Shown here one piece after another: positions 63,001-64,000 of a stretch of DNA of 64,000 bases (position 1 is the stretch's first letter; each line of letters opens with the position of its first letter). Under the pieces are notes generated by a model, which saw nothing but the letters and a program-made list of their open reading frames with translations, was not told the DNA's origin and made no database searches. The stretch is from NCBI RefSeq assembly GCF_009914755.1, contig NC_060934.1, one strand, 5' to 3'. The stretch comes from the human T2T-CHM13v2.0 reference genome, Homo sapiens. Both the position numbers and the translations under genes were made by a program.

Positions 63001-63879
63001 ATTTTTACAAAGACTACAGAGATTATATTCATTTTCATAAGAAACAAAATTCTGAGTCTTAAGAATAATGATTTACACACTCTTGCAGCTGTGGGGTGGC
63101 AGACCATGTGGCGTGACCTCCCCTGTTCTCAGACGCAGCGATTTCCAAGCTAAAGAACAGAGATGCTGCAGTTAAAGAAGAGCTAAAGTCCTGCTCCAGA
63201 ACTTGCTGGCTGTTTGACTTCAGGGCAAATTAACCTCTCTGAACTTCAATTTCCTCAATTGTAAAAAAGATGCACTCAAATGTTAATTGCTCAATTCCTA
63301 CTCTTCACTTTTCTAATAATACTGAATATGAAACACTTCAACTGGTAGAGACTTAATTACATTTTCAGTATATATTATTATCTCCAAATAAAAATGTTAA
63401 CAAAACCATCTAAAAATAAACACTCACTAAGGTTATTGATATTCAAATCTAAACTCATCAAATTTTCCAAAGTCCTGTTCATGCTAAGTAAAAGTATTAA
63501 AAAATATTTAATGCCAGATGAACTGTATTTTACAAATCTAAGAAATAACTTTATTTTCCTTCAGAAGCAAATCACTGTGGCACTCTCCTGAGTAAGCAGA
63601 CAGCAGACAACATTAGCCAAATACAACATGAGAAAAATTGTATTGCATTAAGGTTCAAACATCAACATGTGGAAATTGTAGAGAAACGCAAAATCATTCA
63701 ACAGAATAATGAGGGTTTGGGGAGGAAATGTTCATGTTACCACAGGACATTTACTATAGGATAATTTACAGTGGATATTTAATTTGGGTTTGATTTTTAA
63801 ATATTTTTAAATTATGAGGGAGAAATTATTCACAAAGTAAATTTGCAATGCTTAAATATAACACTGTGTTACACGTGAC

Positions 63880-64000
63880 TATATATATATATTTTTTTGG
63901 AGACAGAGTCTTGCTCTGTTGCCCAGGCTAGAGTGCAGTGGCATGATCTCGGCTCACTGCAAGCTCTGCCTCCCGGGTTCATGCCATTCTCCTGCCTCAG
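63880..64000 (-). mobile_element. AluY, cut by the window end
   Basis: tgcaagctctgcctcccgggttcatgccattctc; (TA)n/T tail. Confidence 0.92.

Overview
Primate (most likely human) genomic DNA, almost entirely intronic. The only protein-coding sequence I can support is a 181-nt minus-strand exon (11424-11604) with canonical splice sites. It translates to [60 protein letters not shown], which I recognise as the third exon of the polarity gene PARD3. That makes 11605-64000 part of the large upstream intron and 1-11423 part of the downstream intron. The rest is repeat-rich: about 35 Alus or Alu fragments, a near full-length Tigger2 fossil, several hAT and Tc1/mariner MITEs (MER20, MER58A, MER5A, MER63, Tigger3, MADE1), old L1 3' ends, MaLR/ERV LTRs, L2 and MIR. 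The ORFs in the supplied track are repeat-derived or chance ORFs. I found no new multi-gene system. The best leads are a MER121-like ancient element with an adjacent motif-rich block, a MADE1 miR-548-like hairpin, two poison-exon candidates, a dispersed non-repeat duplication about 2.5 kb apart, two collapsed antisense Alus next to sense Alus, and inverted Alus around the exon. Repeat subfamily names and most repeat boundaries come from recalled consensus sequences and are approximate.
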